Source: a virus. From it: a stretch of 64,000 nucleotides of DNA. This document shows positions 38,508 through 48,791 of the stretch, in pieces (position 1 is the stretch's first letter; each line of letters begins with the position of its first letter). Position numbers and translations under genes: made by a program. The stretch covers positions 1 through 64,000 of the IMG/VR virus record IMGVR_UViG_3300009161_006153; one strand, given 5' to 3'. Below the pieces are notes generated by a model, which saw only the letters and a list, made by a program, of their open reading frames with translations, was not told where the DNA came from and did not search any database.

Positions 38508-39293
38508 ATGCCCAGAAGAAAACCAAAACCTGAAAAAGTAATCCAGGAAAAAATAAAGGAAAGCTTGGACTCTATTATTATGGAGGAGTCTTTAGATTCT
38601 TTAGTTCTGAACACTGATGAGCTACCAAGATTAAAGACGACTGAAATGATGAATTTCCTGGAGGAGAAAACAACAGCTTTAGCAGATGCACAGGCTCTTC
38701 TTGATTCTATATCTAAATTTTACGTGGATCCTGATGTTTATGGAAACACTAGTCATATTGATCTGAAGAAGAAAATAGATGCTACTAATTTATCTGCAAT
38801 GATGTTCCAATTAAAATCTGCACAGCATGCTATCGTAAAGCTCTTAGAGGAAATAGATCTGGGTAATGTACAACCAAGATTATTTGAAGTTCTAGCACAG
38901 TTGCAATCGCAGATCATGCAAATGCCTAAAGACCTCCAGCAGTACCTTGATAAAATGGAGGGAAGCTATAAGAAAACAAAAATGGAGGTTGAGGAGAAAA
39001 GACTCTCCGGTGGTGTGGTAATGGAGCAGGAAGGATCTGATGGAAACTTCTCACCCGGAAAGATCTCAAATGTACCAGGCGGATTAAAATCTAGAGGAAC
39101 TAAGGGACTGATGGAGGGATTGAGAGATATATTGGGGTCTGAAATAGTAGACGTAAAGCCATTAGAGGAAAATCCTAATTCAATAGTAAACGCCAGATTA
39201 AAAAAAGAGATGAATCAAACCAAAGAATCTGACTATGATAACGATGATAACGGAACTTCAGATTTTACCTTAGAAGATGAAATTTTAGAATAA
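38508..39293 (+). CDS. Putative terminase small subunit
   Basis: Directly upstream of and coupled to the large terminase; PRLFEVLAQL resembles the gp16 PRxxEV segment. Confidence 0.5.
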   Translation: MPRRKPKPEKVIQEKIKESLDSIIMEESLDSLVLNTDELPRLKTTEMMNFLEEKTTALADAQALLDSISKFYVDPDVYGNTSHIDLKKKIDATNLSAMMFQLKSAQHAIVKLLEEIDLGNVQPRLFEVLAQLQSQIMQMPKDLQQYLDKMEGSYKKTKMEVEEKRLSGGVVMEQEGSDGNFSPGKISNVPGGLKSRGTKGLMEGLRDILGSEIVDVKPLEENPNSIVNARLKKEMNQTKESDYDNDDNGTSDFTLEDEILE

Positions 39294-41143
39294 TGCAAGA
39301 TTTTTTAGAAGAAGAAATAGAATACTCTCAGGATTCCAGTTACTGGTCAACCGAGAGAATTGACGATTTACTCAGAAGAGTTGACGAGGAGGGACTCGAT
39401 TATAAAAGCGTAGAGAATCCTTTTTACGATAACAATCCTGATTTAAAAAGAGCAAATCTTTTATGGGAGTACACTAGTGAGGAGATAATAGAAATGAAGA
39501 AATGCGCTCAGGACGTAATATATTTTTCTAAGTATTGTCAAGTGATGACCGATAACGGGCTCAACTTTTTAGACCTTAGAGACTACCAGCAATCTGTTCT
39601 TAGAGAATATCAATCCCATAGATTCAATGTTTTCCTTGCTCCTAGACAAGTAGGTAAATCGATAATATCCTCAGTTTTTCTAGTTTGGTATTTACTCTTC
39701 AATCACGATAAAAACGCTATGATCCTTGCAAACGTCGGGGACACCGCTGAAGAGCTAATGGACAAAATTAAAACAATAATAAAGGGATTGCCATTTTTTC
39801 TCAAACCGGGGATGCTTGTGAATAACGTGATGTCTATGAGATTTGATAACGGGTGTAGAATATTAGCTAAAACAACAACTAAAACATCTGGTATTGGTTT
39901 TACCATCCATTTTTTGTACATGGATGAGTTTGCTCACATCAATCCAAATTTTATAGAGGCTTTTTTCAGATCAACATACCCCACGGTGTCTTCGTCTAAG
40001 GTTTCTCGGATTATTGTAACATCTACACCTAATGGGTTAAATAAATTTTATGAGATCTATCAAGGTGCTCTAGATTCGACTAACACGTTCAACCCAATAC
40101 GTGTTGATTGGTGGCAAGTTCCAGGAAGGGATGAAGCATGGAAACAGGCAGAGATCGGAAACCTTGGAAGTGAGGAGCTTTTTAATCAAGAATATGGTAA
40201 TCAATTCCTTAGCTCCTCCTCTTTGTTATTAGGATCAAACGAGCTTAAGAAAATAAAGTCAATAGAAACTGAATATTTCTGGAGAGAGCTAAGTCCCCTA
40301 CATGATCTCGATCTCAACTATGAAAATCTTATTTGGCACCCTAAGTTTCAAATAGATCTTGCTAATTCTGGTGGTAAAAAATTTGTGTTGAGCATAGATC
40401 TGAGCGGGGGAGGAAAAGGTGATTTCACTGTGATTAATATTTTCAAAGCAACACCACTTCCGATGTCGATAATTGAAAAAATAACAACTTTCGATAATGA
40501 GACTGATTTTTTTGGCCTTGTGCAGGTAGGTGTTTTTAGAGACAATGAGATCAAATTAGAGAATTTAGTAGAACTTGTAAATTCCTTAGTAGTAGACGTT
40601 CTTGGCTTAGAAAGAACAAAGCTTGTAATAGAGATGAACTATAAAGGAGAACTCCTTTATGATAAGTTGTGTCAGAATGATGATTTTTTTGACGGGATGT
40701 TTCTGTTTACGAAACACACAGAAAGCGCAAAAACATTAAAACCTGGTATTAAGTACAACCAAAAAAACAAAATGCAGTATTGCGAATTGCTAAGAGGCCT
40801 AGTGAAAGAAAATAGGATCATGGTGAATGAAAAAAAATGGACAGTCCCTGAATTATTTACTTTTGGCTTAAATAATAGTGGAACCTACTCAAGCCAAACT
40901 GGACATGATGATGTGGCTATGACTCTAGTTAATCTATCGCCCTTATTTGAAGGTAGGGACTTTTCAGATTTAGTTGGGGAGCTTTATGATGAAATGGAGG
41001 GACCTTATAAAGAATTAATGCAGAAGAAAATAGAAGGAAGCGACCAATCTAATTCAGGATATAATCCAATGGATCCTTTTTCTAGAAGAAGTGTATCAAC
41101 AAAAGAGGGAAAAAGCTATACAGATTTCAGTAAGCTCATTTAG
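39293..41143 (+). CDS. gp17: Terminase large subunit (T4 gp17-like)
   Basis: LRDYQ, APRQVGKS, LYMDEFAH, TSTPNG, FNQEY, IDLSGG..GD, HDDVAM. Confidence 0.95.
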   Translation: MQDFLEEEIEYSQDSSYWSTERIDDLLRRVDEEGLDYKSVENPFYDNNPDLKRANLLWEYTSEEIIEMKKCAQDVIYFSKYCQVMTDNGLNFLDLRDYQQSVLREYQSHRFNVFLAPRQVGKSIISSVFLVWYLLFNHDKNAMILANVGDTAEELMDKIKTIIKGLPFFLKPGMLVNNVMSMRFDNGCRILAKTTTKTSGIGFTIHFLYMDEFAHINPNFIEAFFRSTYPTVSSSKVSRIIVTSTPNGLNKFYEIYQGALDSTNTFNPIRVDWWQVPGRDEAWKQAEIGNLGSEELFNQEYGNQFLSSSSLLLGSNELKKIKSIETEYFWRELSPLHDLDLNYENLIWHPKFQIDLANSGGKKFVLSIDLSGGGKGDFTVINIFKATPLPMSIIEKITTFDNETDFFGLVQVGVFRDNEIKLENLVELVNSLVVDVLGLERTKLVIEMNYKGELLYDKLCQNDDFFDGMFLFTKHTESAKTLKPGIKYNQKNKMQYCELLRGLVKENRIMVNEKKWTVPELFTFGLNNSGTYSSQTGHDDVAMTLVNLSPLFEGRDFSDLVGELYDEMEGPYKELMQKKIEGSDQSNSGYNPMDPFSRRSVSTKEGKSYTDFSKLI

Positions 41144-41183
41144 AAGTATCCCAAATCTCCCCCAATATTCATCTAGGTATTTT

Positions 41184-41191
41184 GATATATA
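41184..41191 (+). promoter_or_regulatory. Late-type promoter GATATATA
   Basis: Intergenic, 31 nt before the sheath ATG. Confidence 0.65.
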
Positions 41192-41222
41192 CTTTAAGAA
41201 GAAAAAAACATCTTGAGTAATA

Positions 41223-44200
41223 ATGGCAAATAAGATAAAGATAGACTATTCCCAGTTTAAAGCATCTGGTGTCTACACGCTTGAGTTTGATGCCTCGCAA
41301 AATGTCATCCTGACATCACAGACTATTAGACTAGTCGTAGGATTTTCAAACAAAGGACCGTTTAACACACCTGTTTACATCCCAGACGCAACAACTCTGT
41401 TACAAGTCTACGGTGACATTGATCGGTCACTTGAAAATATGGGAAGCTTTTTCCAGAGATCAATCCTAACCTGTTTAAATACTGGACCTGTTTTTGGACT
41501 TAATTTATTGAAATTAAATGACGATTTAGATTCTTCTAATCCCGATATAGACACATATTTTTCATACTCATTAGATACTGAGCAGTCTAATGGTGTTTTA
41601 ACAGAAGTACTTTATTCATCTTTCTATAATAAGGAAAGATTCTGGTTTGCTGACCCTAAGTATTTTTTAGCAACATTAAGCGTTCCTGATACAGGAAGAT
41701 TGTTTAGCTTAACTAATTTAGGAAGAACCTCTGTAAGTGTTATTACTAGGAAATCAACCGATTCTTCTAGACCTCTTACTGGCTTTGATATCTTTGCTAT
41801 AGATTGGTATGGTGCGGATAATGTTCCTACTTTTATGCACCCCTATGATTACATATCAGATTACTTTATTGATGTGATAGCAGTATCAGGTAATTGGACA
41901 GACTACGCCTCTTTATCTGTTGATCCAAAGTGGGCATTTTGGTTTACCCCTAATGGTTTTATAAAAGACAGGATCGATTCCTTTTTAAATCAACAAGATG
42001 TGAATATAATCGCATCTGTTACGGGGTGTATCATTCCTGATTTCGTTAACTTAAATGGTGTTAATCAGTATATCCAAACACTTGTAAATGCTCAGACCCC
42101 AACAACTGGATTATTCTGCGCTATAGACGAAAACGCTTTTGAAGACATTTGTAACAATCCTTTCAAGATAGATCTAGTTGGAAATAATCTAATTGATGAG
42201 CTTTCTGGGGATCGTGATTTAGCTAACCCGCAGCTTAATTTCTTAAGCTACGATCAACCCCTTGTAACTGACCAATTATACACACAGAATGTGATAGGTG
42301 TAACAGGAAGTACTGGATACATCAGCCCTAATGGTGCCTCTGGATCCTATTCAGGCGGTAAAGTCGGTACGCTCTTCACTATAAATTCAGGAGCCACAGC
42401 TGGTGTTATATACCAATCATTTCTGCCGTATAACTCCTCTTTATTTGATGGGGGATTACACTATTTAGAGACAAGCGGTACTACCTCTGCAAATGGTGGT
42501 ATATCTTCTGCTGCTCAAAAAAATGAGCTTAAATCATTTCTTACAGTAAACACATCATCTGATCAAAAGTTTGTTTTAGGGGTAGTTACTGGACTTTCTG
42601 GAGCAACTGGATCTTTAATATCCCAGTTTTCTGAATATGATTTGGTAAAGCTTAAAGTAACAGGAACAAGAGATGTTAGTGGTGAGCTTAGAATTATTTG
42701 GAGTCATCCTTTAGATACGGCAACATACAGAGCTCAAGGAATTGTTATCGCTCCTACATATACATTGACTTCTTATAATACAGGTGCATCGGGAAGTAAC
42801 AAGCCATTCTGGACGGATGCTTATCAATTTGGAGACTCTGACTTTGTTGATGTAGTAAACACACAAACACCAGCAGGGGTAACTGGACCTAATGCTCCTA
42901 TAGGTTATTCAAATGTTTTACAAGGGTATATCAATACGACACTATACTCTGATGTTGAATATGAGGTTTTAGCTGACGGCGATGAGATTTGGCTGAATTC
43001 TGCCGGGTCATCAGTTCAGTATTTAAGTTTTGAAAAACAAGTAGATAAGGATCAGTTTAACTATGTAAACTCAAGAGCTCATACAAGTAACTCTCTAACA
43101 GGTGTTTCCATCACTAACGTACCTTCTTTTGGGTCGATGTACGCAAGTGACAACATAGGATTCACGGTGTCATATAATAAATTTGATATTGTTTCTGCTA
43201 ACGGTAATATAAACGATTTTATAGATTGTACAAGAGAGGATGTTACAACCTTCTTAGTAAGCGAGCTTCCTGATGGATCAGTACCTTTCTCTGTTGGCGA
43301 TTTGGTTGTTTCTACCGATTTAAACATATGTACTCCAACTACAGGAAATAGACAAAACAGATTAGCTAAAATTACCGTAGTTTCAAGAACAACAACTTCT
43401 GGAGTTTATAGAGTAATATCAGCTAGACCTGTTTTATACTACTCTGGAGATGGCGGGGGATTAAGAGTTCAGAAATTTTTCTCTATTGCTCAATTTACAA
43501 GATCTTTTGATTTCACATACCTTGCTGGATTTACCTTGCAAGATACACACAAGCCAAATGGATCGGATGCTAGAGTTGAACAGATCTTAGATGTTCTTTA
43601 TGATACAAATCTTGCTAAGACCCTTGCACAGAAGGATGTTATCTCCTTCCGCTACATAATAGATTCGTTTAACGGAATAATCGGGCCTAGCTCTAAATTC
43701 CAATATAGCAGATTGGCACAATTGAGACAACAGGCTTTGGCAATAATAAATGCTCCATCTATGGCACAGTTCCAGGAGAGCACAGATCCTAGATTTACAA
43801 ATGCACCTACTGCGACGAATCCGTACCCTACTTTAAACACAGCCTACATAGCCTCTGGCGGTAATCTTTCACTAAATCCAAGCTATACCTTTAGTTTACC
43901 TACAGAAGGCGATGGAGCTAAGTTTGCAGCCTTTTATGCACCCTACATAACTATCAGGGAGAATAATAAAAACATAAACGTTCCTCCTTCGGCTTACGTT
44001 TCGAACAACTTCGTAAGAAAATTTGCTAACGGAGAACCTTATGCAATTGTTGCAGGGCAGAAAAGAGGAGCTATAAGCGGGGGAAGTATAGTAGGACTTG
44101 AATATGATTTTAGCACAGAAGATAGAGAAAATTTAGAGCCTTTTGGAATAAATCCAATCATTAAGAAGAGAGGTATAGGAGTAGTTATCTTTGGAAATCA

Positions 44201-44567
44201 GACAGCATACCAAACTGTAAATTCTGCTTTCAATCTTGTTCATGTTAGAGATTTATTGATAAGCATTGAAAGTGATGTTGAAACGATATTGGCTAACTAT
44301 TTGTTTGATTTTAACGATGACTCAATTAGACTTGAAATTAAAACACTTGTTGATAATTATCTAGATGGTGTAAGATCGGGAGGGGGAGTTTACGCCTACC
44401 AAACAATAATGGATGCATCTAATAATACCCCTGCTATCATTGATATGAATATGGGTGTAATCGATGTAATAATAGAACCAGCTAGAGGAATACAGAAGTT
44501 CATAAACAGAGTAACAGTAACAAGAACTGGGGGAATAGCAGCGGGTGGATTCGTACAGTTCGTTTAA
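41223..44567 (+). CDS. gp18: Contractile tail sheath protein
   Basis: SGVY..E.D, VG.S.KGPFN.P, PPS, AG..RG, INPI, FGNQT, VRDLL, FDFND, I.PARG..F. Confidence 0.92.
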   Translation: MANKIKIDYSQFKASGVYTLEFDASQNVILTSQTIRLVVGFSNKGPFNTPVYIPDATTLLQVYGDIDRSLENMGSFFQRSILTCLNTGPVFGLNLLKLNDDLDSSNPDIDTYFSYSLDTEQSNGVLTEVLYSSFYNKERFWFADPKYFLATLSVPDTGRLFSLTNLGRTSVSVITRKSTDSSRPLTGFDIFAIDWYGADNVPTFMHPYDYISDYFIDVIAVSGNWTDYASLSVDPKWAFWFTPNGFIKDRIDSFLNQQDVNIIASVTGCIIPDFVNLNGVNQYIQTLVNAQTPTTGLFCAIDENAFEDICNNPFKIDLVGNNLIDELSGDRDLANPQLNFLSYDQPLVTDQLYTQNVIGVTGSTGYISPNGASGSYSGGKVGTLFTINSGATAGVIYQSFLPYNSSLFDGGLHYLETSGTTSANGGISSAAQKNELKSFLTVNTSSDQKFVLGVVTGLSGATGSLISQFSEYDLVKLKVTGTRDVSGELRIIWSHPLDTATYRAQGIVIAPTYTLTSYNTGASGSNKPFWTDAYQFGDSDFVDVVNTQTPAGVTGPNAPIGYSNVLQGYINTTLYSDVEYEVLADGDEIWLNSAGSSVQYLSFEKQVDKDQFNYVNSRAHTSNSLTGVSITNVPSFGSMYASDNIGFTVSYNKFDIVSANGNINDFIDCTREDVTTFLVSELPDGSVPFSVGDLVVSTDLNICTPTTGNRQNRLAKITVVSRTTTSGVYRVISARPVLYYSGDGGGLRVQKFFSIAQFTRSFDFTYLAGFTLQDTHKPNGSDARVEQILDVLYDTNLAKTLAQKDVISFRYIIDSFNGIIGPSSKFQYSRLAQLRQQALAIINAPSMAQFQESTDPRFTNAPTATNPYPTLNTAYIASGGNLSLNPSYTFSLPTEGDGAKFAAFYAPYITIRENNKNINVPPSAYVSNNFVRKFANGEPYAIVAGQKRGAISGGSIVGLEYDFSTEDRENLEPFGINPIIKKRGIGVVIFGNQTAYQTVNSAFNLVHVRDLLISIESDVETILANYLFDFNDDSIRLEIKTLVDNYLDGVRSGGGVYAYQTIMDASNNTPAIIDMNMGVIDVIIEPARGIQKFINRVTVTRTGGIAAGGFVQFV

Positions 44568-44594
44568 TCGAATTTTATAAATCTAGAGACAAAA

Positions 44595-44602
44595 GATAAA
44601 TA
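44595..44602 (+). promoter_or_regulatory. Late-type promoter variant GATAAATA
   Basis: One mismatch to T4 TATAAATA; 5 nt before ATG 44608. Confidence 0.5.
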
Positions 44603-44607
44603 AACAA

Positions 44608-45162
44608 ATGGCAGGCTTACCACACTATCAAAATTCGCTATCAGCGATTAATAAATTTGAACCGGTTTATTTAAACCAGTTCGAGATTACTATCTTACCC
44701 CCAGCTGCTGTTGTTGGTGGTGAGATTCTTTTGCAACATGTTACAAAGGTTAGTGGTCTTTCTCTAGATAAAAATCCAGGTTTAGCTACTCAGAAATACA
44801 AATTTGCCAAAAGAAATTATGCTGGGGCTAAACCAGATAACACATACATGGATTTAAGTTTAACTTTTACCGTTAACTTGAACGATGCCAACTCTATGTA
44901 TGTCTTTAAAACATTAAGACAATGGTCTGATTTGGTCTACAATCCTTTAACTGGTGCTATGGGCTTAAAAACGGATTACACTGGAACTATAGTGGTCTCG
45001 ATATTTAATAAGACCGGCGACGTTTTTAGAAGAATAACTTGCAGGGACACTTATCCGACCAAACCGATAACAGCGATGAACCTTAATTATACCTCGGCAG
45101 ATATTTTTAAGATAACTGATATGGTCTGGGCAGTAGATTACTGGGATGATCAATTCCTTTAA
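44608..45162 (+). CDS. gp19: Tail tube protein A
   Basis: Follows the sheath; LRQW.DL.YNP.TG, YP.......L.Y, DYW. Confidence 0.8.
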   Translation: MAGLPHYQNSLSAINKFEPVYLNQFEITILPPAAVVGGEILLQHVTKVSGLSLDKNPGLATQKYKFAKRNYAGAKPDNTYMDLSLTFTVNLNDANSMYVFKTLRQWSDLVYNPLTGAMGLKTDYTGTIVVSIFNKTGDVFRRITCRDTYPTKPITAMNLNYTSADIFKITDMVWAVDYWDDQFL

Positions 45163-45178
45163 AAAAGCAATATAAAAA

Positions 45179-45754
45179 ATGGCTGGTTTACCACATTATA
45201 CAAATTCTAGGGCAGCAATAAACAACTTCGAACCTGTTTATTTAAATCAATTTGAGGTTTTAATAAACCCTCCCTCTGGCATCGTAGATTCTAGTTTATC
45301 CTTTAGAGGTGAACAGATCTTAACCCAACAGGTGAAAAGTATAACTGGTTTAGCTGTTGATATCTTACCAAATGATTCAGTTACTCAGAATTATAAATTT
45401 GCATCTAGACGTTATGCAGGGGGTGAACCATCTACATCTGATATGACCCTAGCTATTGAGTTTGAGATAAATCTAAATGATGCAAACTCGATGACTGTTT
45501 ATAAAATTTTAAGGCAATGGTCTGATTTAATATACAATCCTCTAACTGGTGCAATGGGACTAAAAACAGATTATGTTGGTTCAATGCTCATCTCGATTTT
45601 CAATAAAAGAGGGGACGTTTTTAGAAGGATCAGAATACCTTCTTGTTTTTTAAGCCAGGCCATAAATTCCATGGAGCTCGACTATGAGAATGCTGGAATC
45701 TATACAGTAACAGGTAATTGGATCTGTGACTACTGGGAAGATACTTTTCTCTAA
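45179..45754 (+). CDS. gp19: Tail tube protein B (paralogue)
   Basis: Shares MAGLPHY, FEPVYLNQFE, NLNDANSM, LRQWSDL.YNPLTGAMGLKTDY and DYW.D.FL with tube A. Confidence 0.8.
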   Translation: MAGLPHYTNSRAAINNFEPVYLNQFEVLINPPSGIVDSSLSFRGEQILTQQVKSITGLAVDILPNDSVTQNYKFASRRYAGGEPSTSDMTLAIEFEINLNDANSMTVYKILRQWSDLIYNPLTGAMGLKTDYVGSMLISIFNKRGDVFRRIRIPSCFLSQAINSMELDYENAGIYTVTGNWICDYWEDTFL

Positions 45755-45805
45755 TTTTTGACTACTTTTCCATTTTTTGGTATATAATACATAAAATCTA
45801 AATTT

Positions 45806-46873
45806 ATGTACGACAATTTTTTGTCCCCCGAAGAGATTCTAAGAAAAAAAGAAATGGACGGAGGATTTATTTACGATGATTTATCCGAGGATAAATCACA
45901 AGGATCTGCCAATGATGAAACCTCGCAAGATCCTGTAAAAAATAATCTGGGTAACCCTGATCCTAAACCTTTGATTAAGGAGAAGCAAATACCAAATCTA
46001 GGTAAGGCAGTTTCTGCAGCACCACACATAGCATCTGATGGCGGGTGGAAAAATCTACCTATTAGTATTATACCTACTGGTGGAATTTTTTATCCTGATG
46101 AAACAACTATGGCTATACGAGCTGCAGAGGTTAGGGAGATAAGGCATTTCTCCACCGTTGATGAGGACGATCTATTAGACCTTGAAGAAAAATTAAGTTT
46201 TATATTAGACCGATGTTTAAGAATTAAATTTCCAAACGAGGGAGTTTTATCTTATAAAGACCTGAAACAGGAGGATAGGTTTTTTATCATTATGGCTATC
46301 AGAGATTTGACCTTTGTGAAAGGTGAAAATTCTATATTACTTAAATCTAAGAAAGGATGTAATACAGCGGATTGTCCATTTAAAGATGGAATAGAATTAA
46401 GGACTGGTGTATTAACATCGTACAAATTGGACGAAAAAATTCTTACTTGCTATAATAAAAATTCTCTCTGCTTTGATTTCACAATTAAAAAGACAGGCAA
46501 AACTGTAAAAATGTTTATTCCTAGTATTGGTGTAACCCAAGAAATCACTAAGTACATAAAGGAAGCATCGAAGAAAAATATTCAGCTTGATGATGGATTT
46601 TTAAGAATAGCACCTTTCATTTTCGAAGATTGGAGGGATTTAACTTTTGAATCATTTGTAAACAGAATGAGGGAAAGCGATTACTGGAGTAAGGAAGAAT
46701 ACAACGTTTACTTTGAGCTTTCAGAGAGGATAAAAGTTGGAACTAAAATGCATGTCAGTCAAATCTGTCAAGTGTGCGGTGGAACGGAGGTCACCGCAGA
46801 TATAACATTTCCCGGAGGGATCAGATCTCTTTTCCTTGTTTCAGATATCTTTGGGGAACTTCTTCGACCTTAA
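45806..46873 (+). CDS. Baseplate hub assembly / tail assembly chaperone (gp26-like)
   Basis: IPTGG.FY, DRFFII..IR..T, C..C motifs, FPGGIRSLF near the C-terminus; between tubes and tape measure. Confidence 0.65.
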   Translation: MYDNFLSPEEILRKKEMDGGFIYDDLSEDKSQGSANDETSQDPVKNNLGNPDPKPLIKEKQIPNLGKAVSAAPHIASDGGWKNLPISIIPTGGIFYPDETTMAIRAAEVREIRHFSTVDEDDLLDLEEKLSFILDRCLRIKFPNEGVLSYKDLKQEDRFFIIMAIRDLTFVKGENSILLKSKKGCNTADCPFKDGIELRTGVLTSYKLDEKILTCYNKNSLCFDFTIKKTGKTVKMFIPSIGVTQEITKYIKEASKKNIQLDDGFLRIAPFIFEDWRDLTFESFVNRMRESDYWSKEEYNVYFELSERIKVGTKMHVSQICQVCGGTEVTADITFPGGIRSLFLVSDIFGELLRP

Positions 46874-47048
46874 ATTTAGGCTCTGGAACGAGCACGGGTT
46901 AAATCCCGATTGGATTGAAAGTATTCCTTTTTATGAATATCAAATTTGGATAGAGAAGCTTAATGATGTTATAGAAAAACAAAACGAGGAATCCCTTGAG
47001 GGCGAGGGTAAAAAACAACTTTTCAGTTTTAGTAAGAAGGGAAGGTAA
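46836..47048 (+). CDS. gp51-like hub assembly catalyst / GT-type chaperone extension
   Basis: NFFD.KF.L...H......IE.IPFYEY.I pattern; overlaps the upstream ORF by 38 nt in the +1 frame. Confidence 0.6.
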   Translation: MFQISLGNFFDLKFRLWNEHGLNPDWIESIPFYEYQIWIEKLNDVIEKQNEESLEGEGKKQLFSFSKKGR

Positions 47049-47055
47049 ATATATA
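47048..47055 (+). promoter_or_regulatory. Late-type promoter AATATATA
   Basis: 20 nt before ATG 47076. Confidence 0.6.
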
Positions 47056-47075
47056 CAAAAAGACTTTAAACATAG

Positions 47076-48791
47076 ATGGCCAGTGATATCAATTCTAAAG
47101 TTGCTTCACAATTATTAGATCTTAATAGAAATTTAGATAAGCTTACTGCTGAGGTAAAGAAAAACACACAGGCTACAAAAGAATATGCTACACAGCAGGA
47201 AGGAACCCCACCAGAGAATGAAAATATTAAATCCATTGCAGATTCTCTTAAAGGATTAGATGGTTTAAAGGAAATAGCGGATAATTTAAAAAAATTAGAT
47301 TTGGCTGGTATATCTGAGAAGTTATCTGGTATACCTAAATCCTTTGATAATATTTTAGGAGGTGGTAAATTTAATCTAGGCGATATAGCCCAAAAATTTA
47401 CAGAAAATAAAAAATCAGGATTTGATGTTAATAAGATACTTGGTGCATTTGCTGAAGGTGGTGTAGCAAAGAAAGAAGGGAATTATCTTGTTGGTGAGAA
47501 AGGTCCGGAGATAGTGAAACTTGATGCTGGCTCAGCTGTTATACCTTTAGATTCTAAAGATCTGATCAATGGTCTTTCTGAGATTCCTGAGATTGCAAAG
47601 TCTATAAAATCTAAGGAGATCAATCTTTTCGGGGATCTGGATAAACCTGGAATTATTCTCGGTGGAATAGAGAATATTAAAAATAGAATTTCGCTAAATA
47701 AGCTTAGAGAAAAATACGAGGAGGATTTAATAGACCAAGAGGGGTTAGAAAAAGATAAGCAAAATCCAGAGGTGCTTAAGAAGCTTGAGAAACAAAATGA
47801 TATTATACAAAAAATAATAGATTATAGTGGTAATAAAGTTCAGAATGAACTAAACGCTACTAATAAAGAGTATTACGATTTATACAAAAAAGAACTGCCG
47901 AATGGACTATCGAAAGATGATCTAGTGTCTTTTAATAAAATATGGGATTCGATTTTAGGAGGATTGCCCCCTGGATCTGTAAACGATCTAACCACATCTA
48001 AGGGCCGTTTATTAGCAACCAAGATGCTTCTCAATGACAAGAAAAATGCATCTTCCTCTGTGGAATCCTCCGATGGTTCTACGGCTAAAGGTCAGCTTGG
48101 TGACAAATCAGAAGACACGAAAAAAAGCTCAGGTGATGTTTTACCTGGTGGGGAATCTGCAGTTAAAAATACTCCCGACGGACTTTTAAAATCTGAAAAG
48201 ATTGTTACTGGTGGGGTACCCAAAGTTTCTTCACCAGAGCAAGGGGATTCGTCTTCCCCTAAAAAAACTGGTTCAGATATAATCTCAGATTCTGGTGGTA
48301 ATGAGGCAGGTGATTCCCTTAAATCTATAGTAAAAGGTCAAGCTGACAAATTGATTTCTAAAATAATTCCAGGTGAAAAAACAAGAGGAATTGTCTCTGG
48401 AGGTTTAGATGAGCTACTTTCATCTGGAGGTTCAGAAAATAAGAAGAGTCTAACCAATCTTGCCACAAAAGCACCTTCTCCAAAACCACCAGATCTATCT
48501 GGTGATCTTAAAGGCCTGACTAGTGAAATATCTGGTCTTGTCAAGTCAAATGTAGAAACAGTGAAATCTAAAATTTCAGATAAAGTTTCGGGATTGGGCG
48601 GAAAAATATCTGAGAAAATTTCGGGGGGATCGAAACAAAATGTTTCGGAGGGAGATACAACTCCTATGAACTTAAACGAATCGATGGAGCAAATAAAAAG
48701 CTTACTTTCTAGAATGGCTGTTTCTTTAGAAGGGCCTTTAGAAGTAACCCCGTTAGATTCTCCTTTTAGACCAAATTCAAGAAAGGTTTAA
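47076..48791 (+). CDS. Tape-measure-like / baseplate hub protein
   Basis: Helical; FAEGGV.....YLVGEKGPE motif typical of tape-measure proteins; position after the chaperone genes. Confidence 0.55.
   Translation: MASDINSKVASQLLDLNRNLDKLTAEVKKNTQATKEYATQQEGTPPENENIKSIADSLKGLDGLKEIADNLKKLDLAGISEKLSGIPKSFDNILGGGKFNLGDIAQKFTENKKSGFDVNKILGAFAEGGVAKKEGNYLVGEKGPEIVKLDAGSAVIPLDSKDLINGLSEIPEIAKSIKSKEINLFGDLDKPGIILGGIENIKNRISLNKLREKYEEDLIDQEGLEKDKQNPEVLKKLEKQNDIIQKIIDYSGNKVQNELNATNKEYYDLYKKELPNGLSKDDLVSFNKIWDSILGGLPPGSVNDLTTSKGRLLATKMLLNDKKNASSSVESSDGSTAKGQLGDKSEDTKKSSGDVLPGGESAVKNTPDGLLKSEKIVTGGVPKVSSPEQGDSSSPKKTGSDIISDSGGNEAGDSLKSIVKGQADKLISKIIPGEKTRGIVSGGLDELLSSGGSENKKSLTNLATKAPSPKPPDLSGDLKGLTSEISGLVKSNVETVKSKISDKVSGLGGKISEKISGGSKQNVSEGDTTPMNLNESMEQIKSLLSRMAVSLEGPLEVTPLDSPFRPNSRKV

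Noticed and set aside
39293-41143. Intein or intron in the terminase or other core genes
   Set aside because: Lengths and motif spacing are ordinary; no splicing or homing-endonuclease motifs seen.
45758-45788. Sigma70-like TTGACT...TATAAT before the gp26-like gene
   Set aside because: 19-nt spacer and overlap with a GGTATATA late-like variant make it ambiguous.
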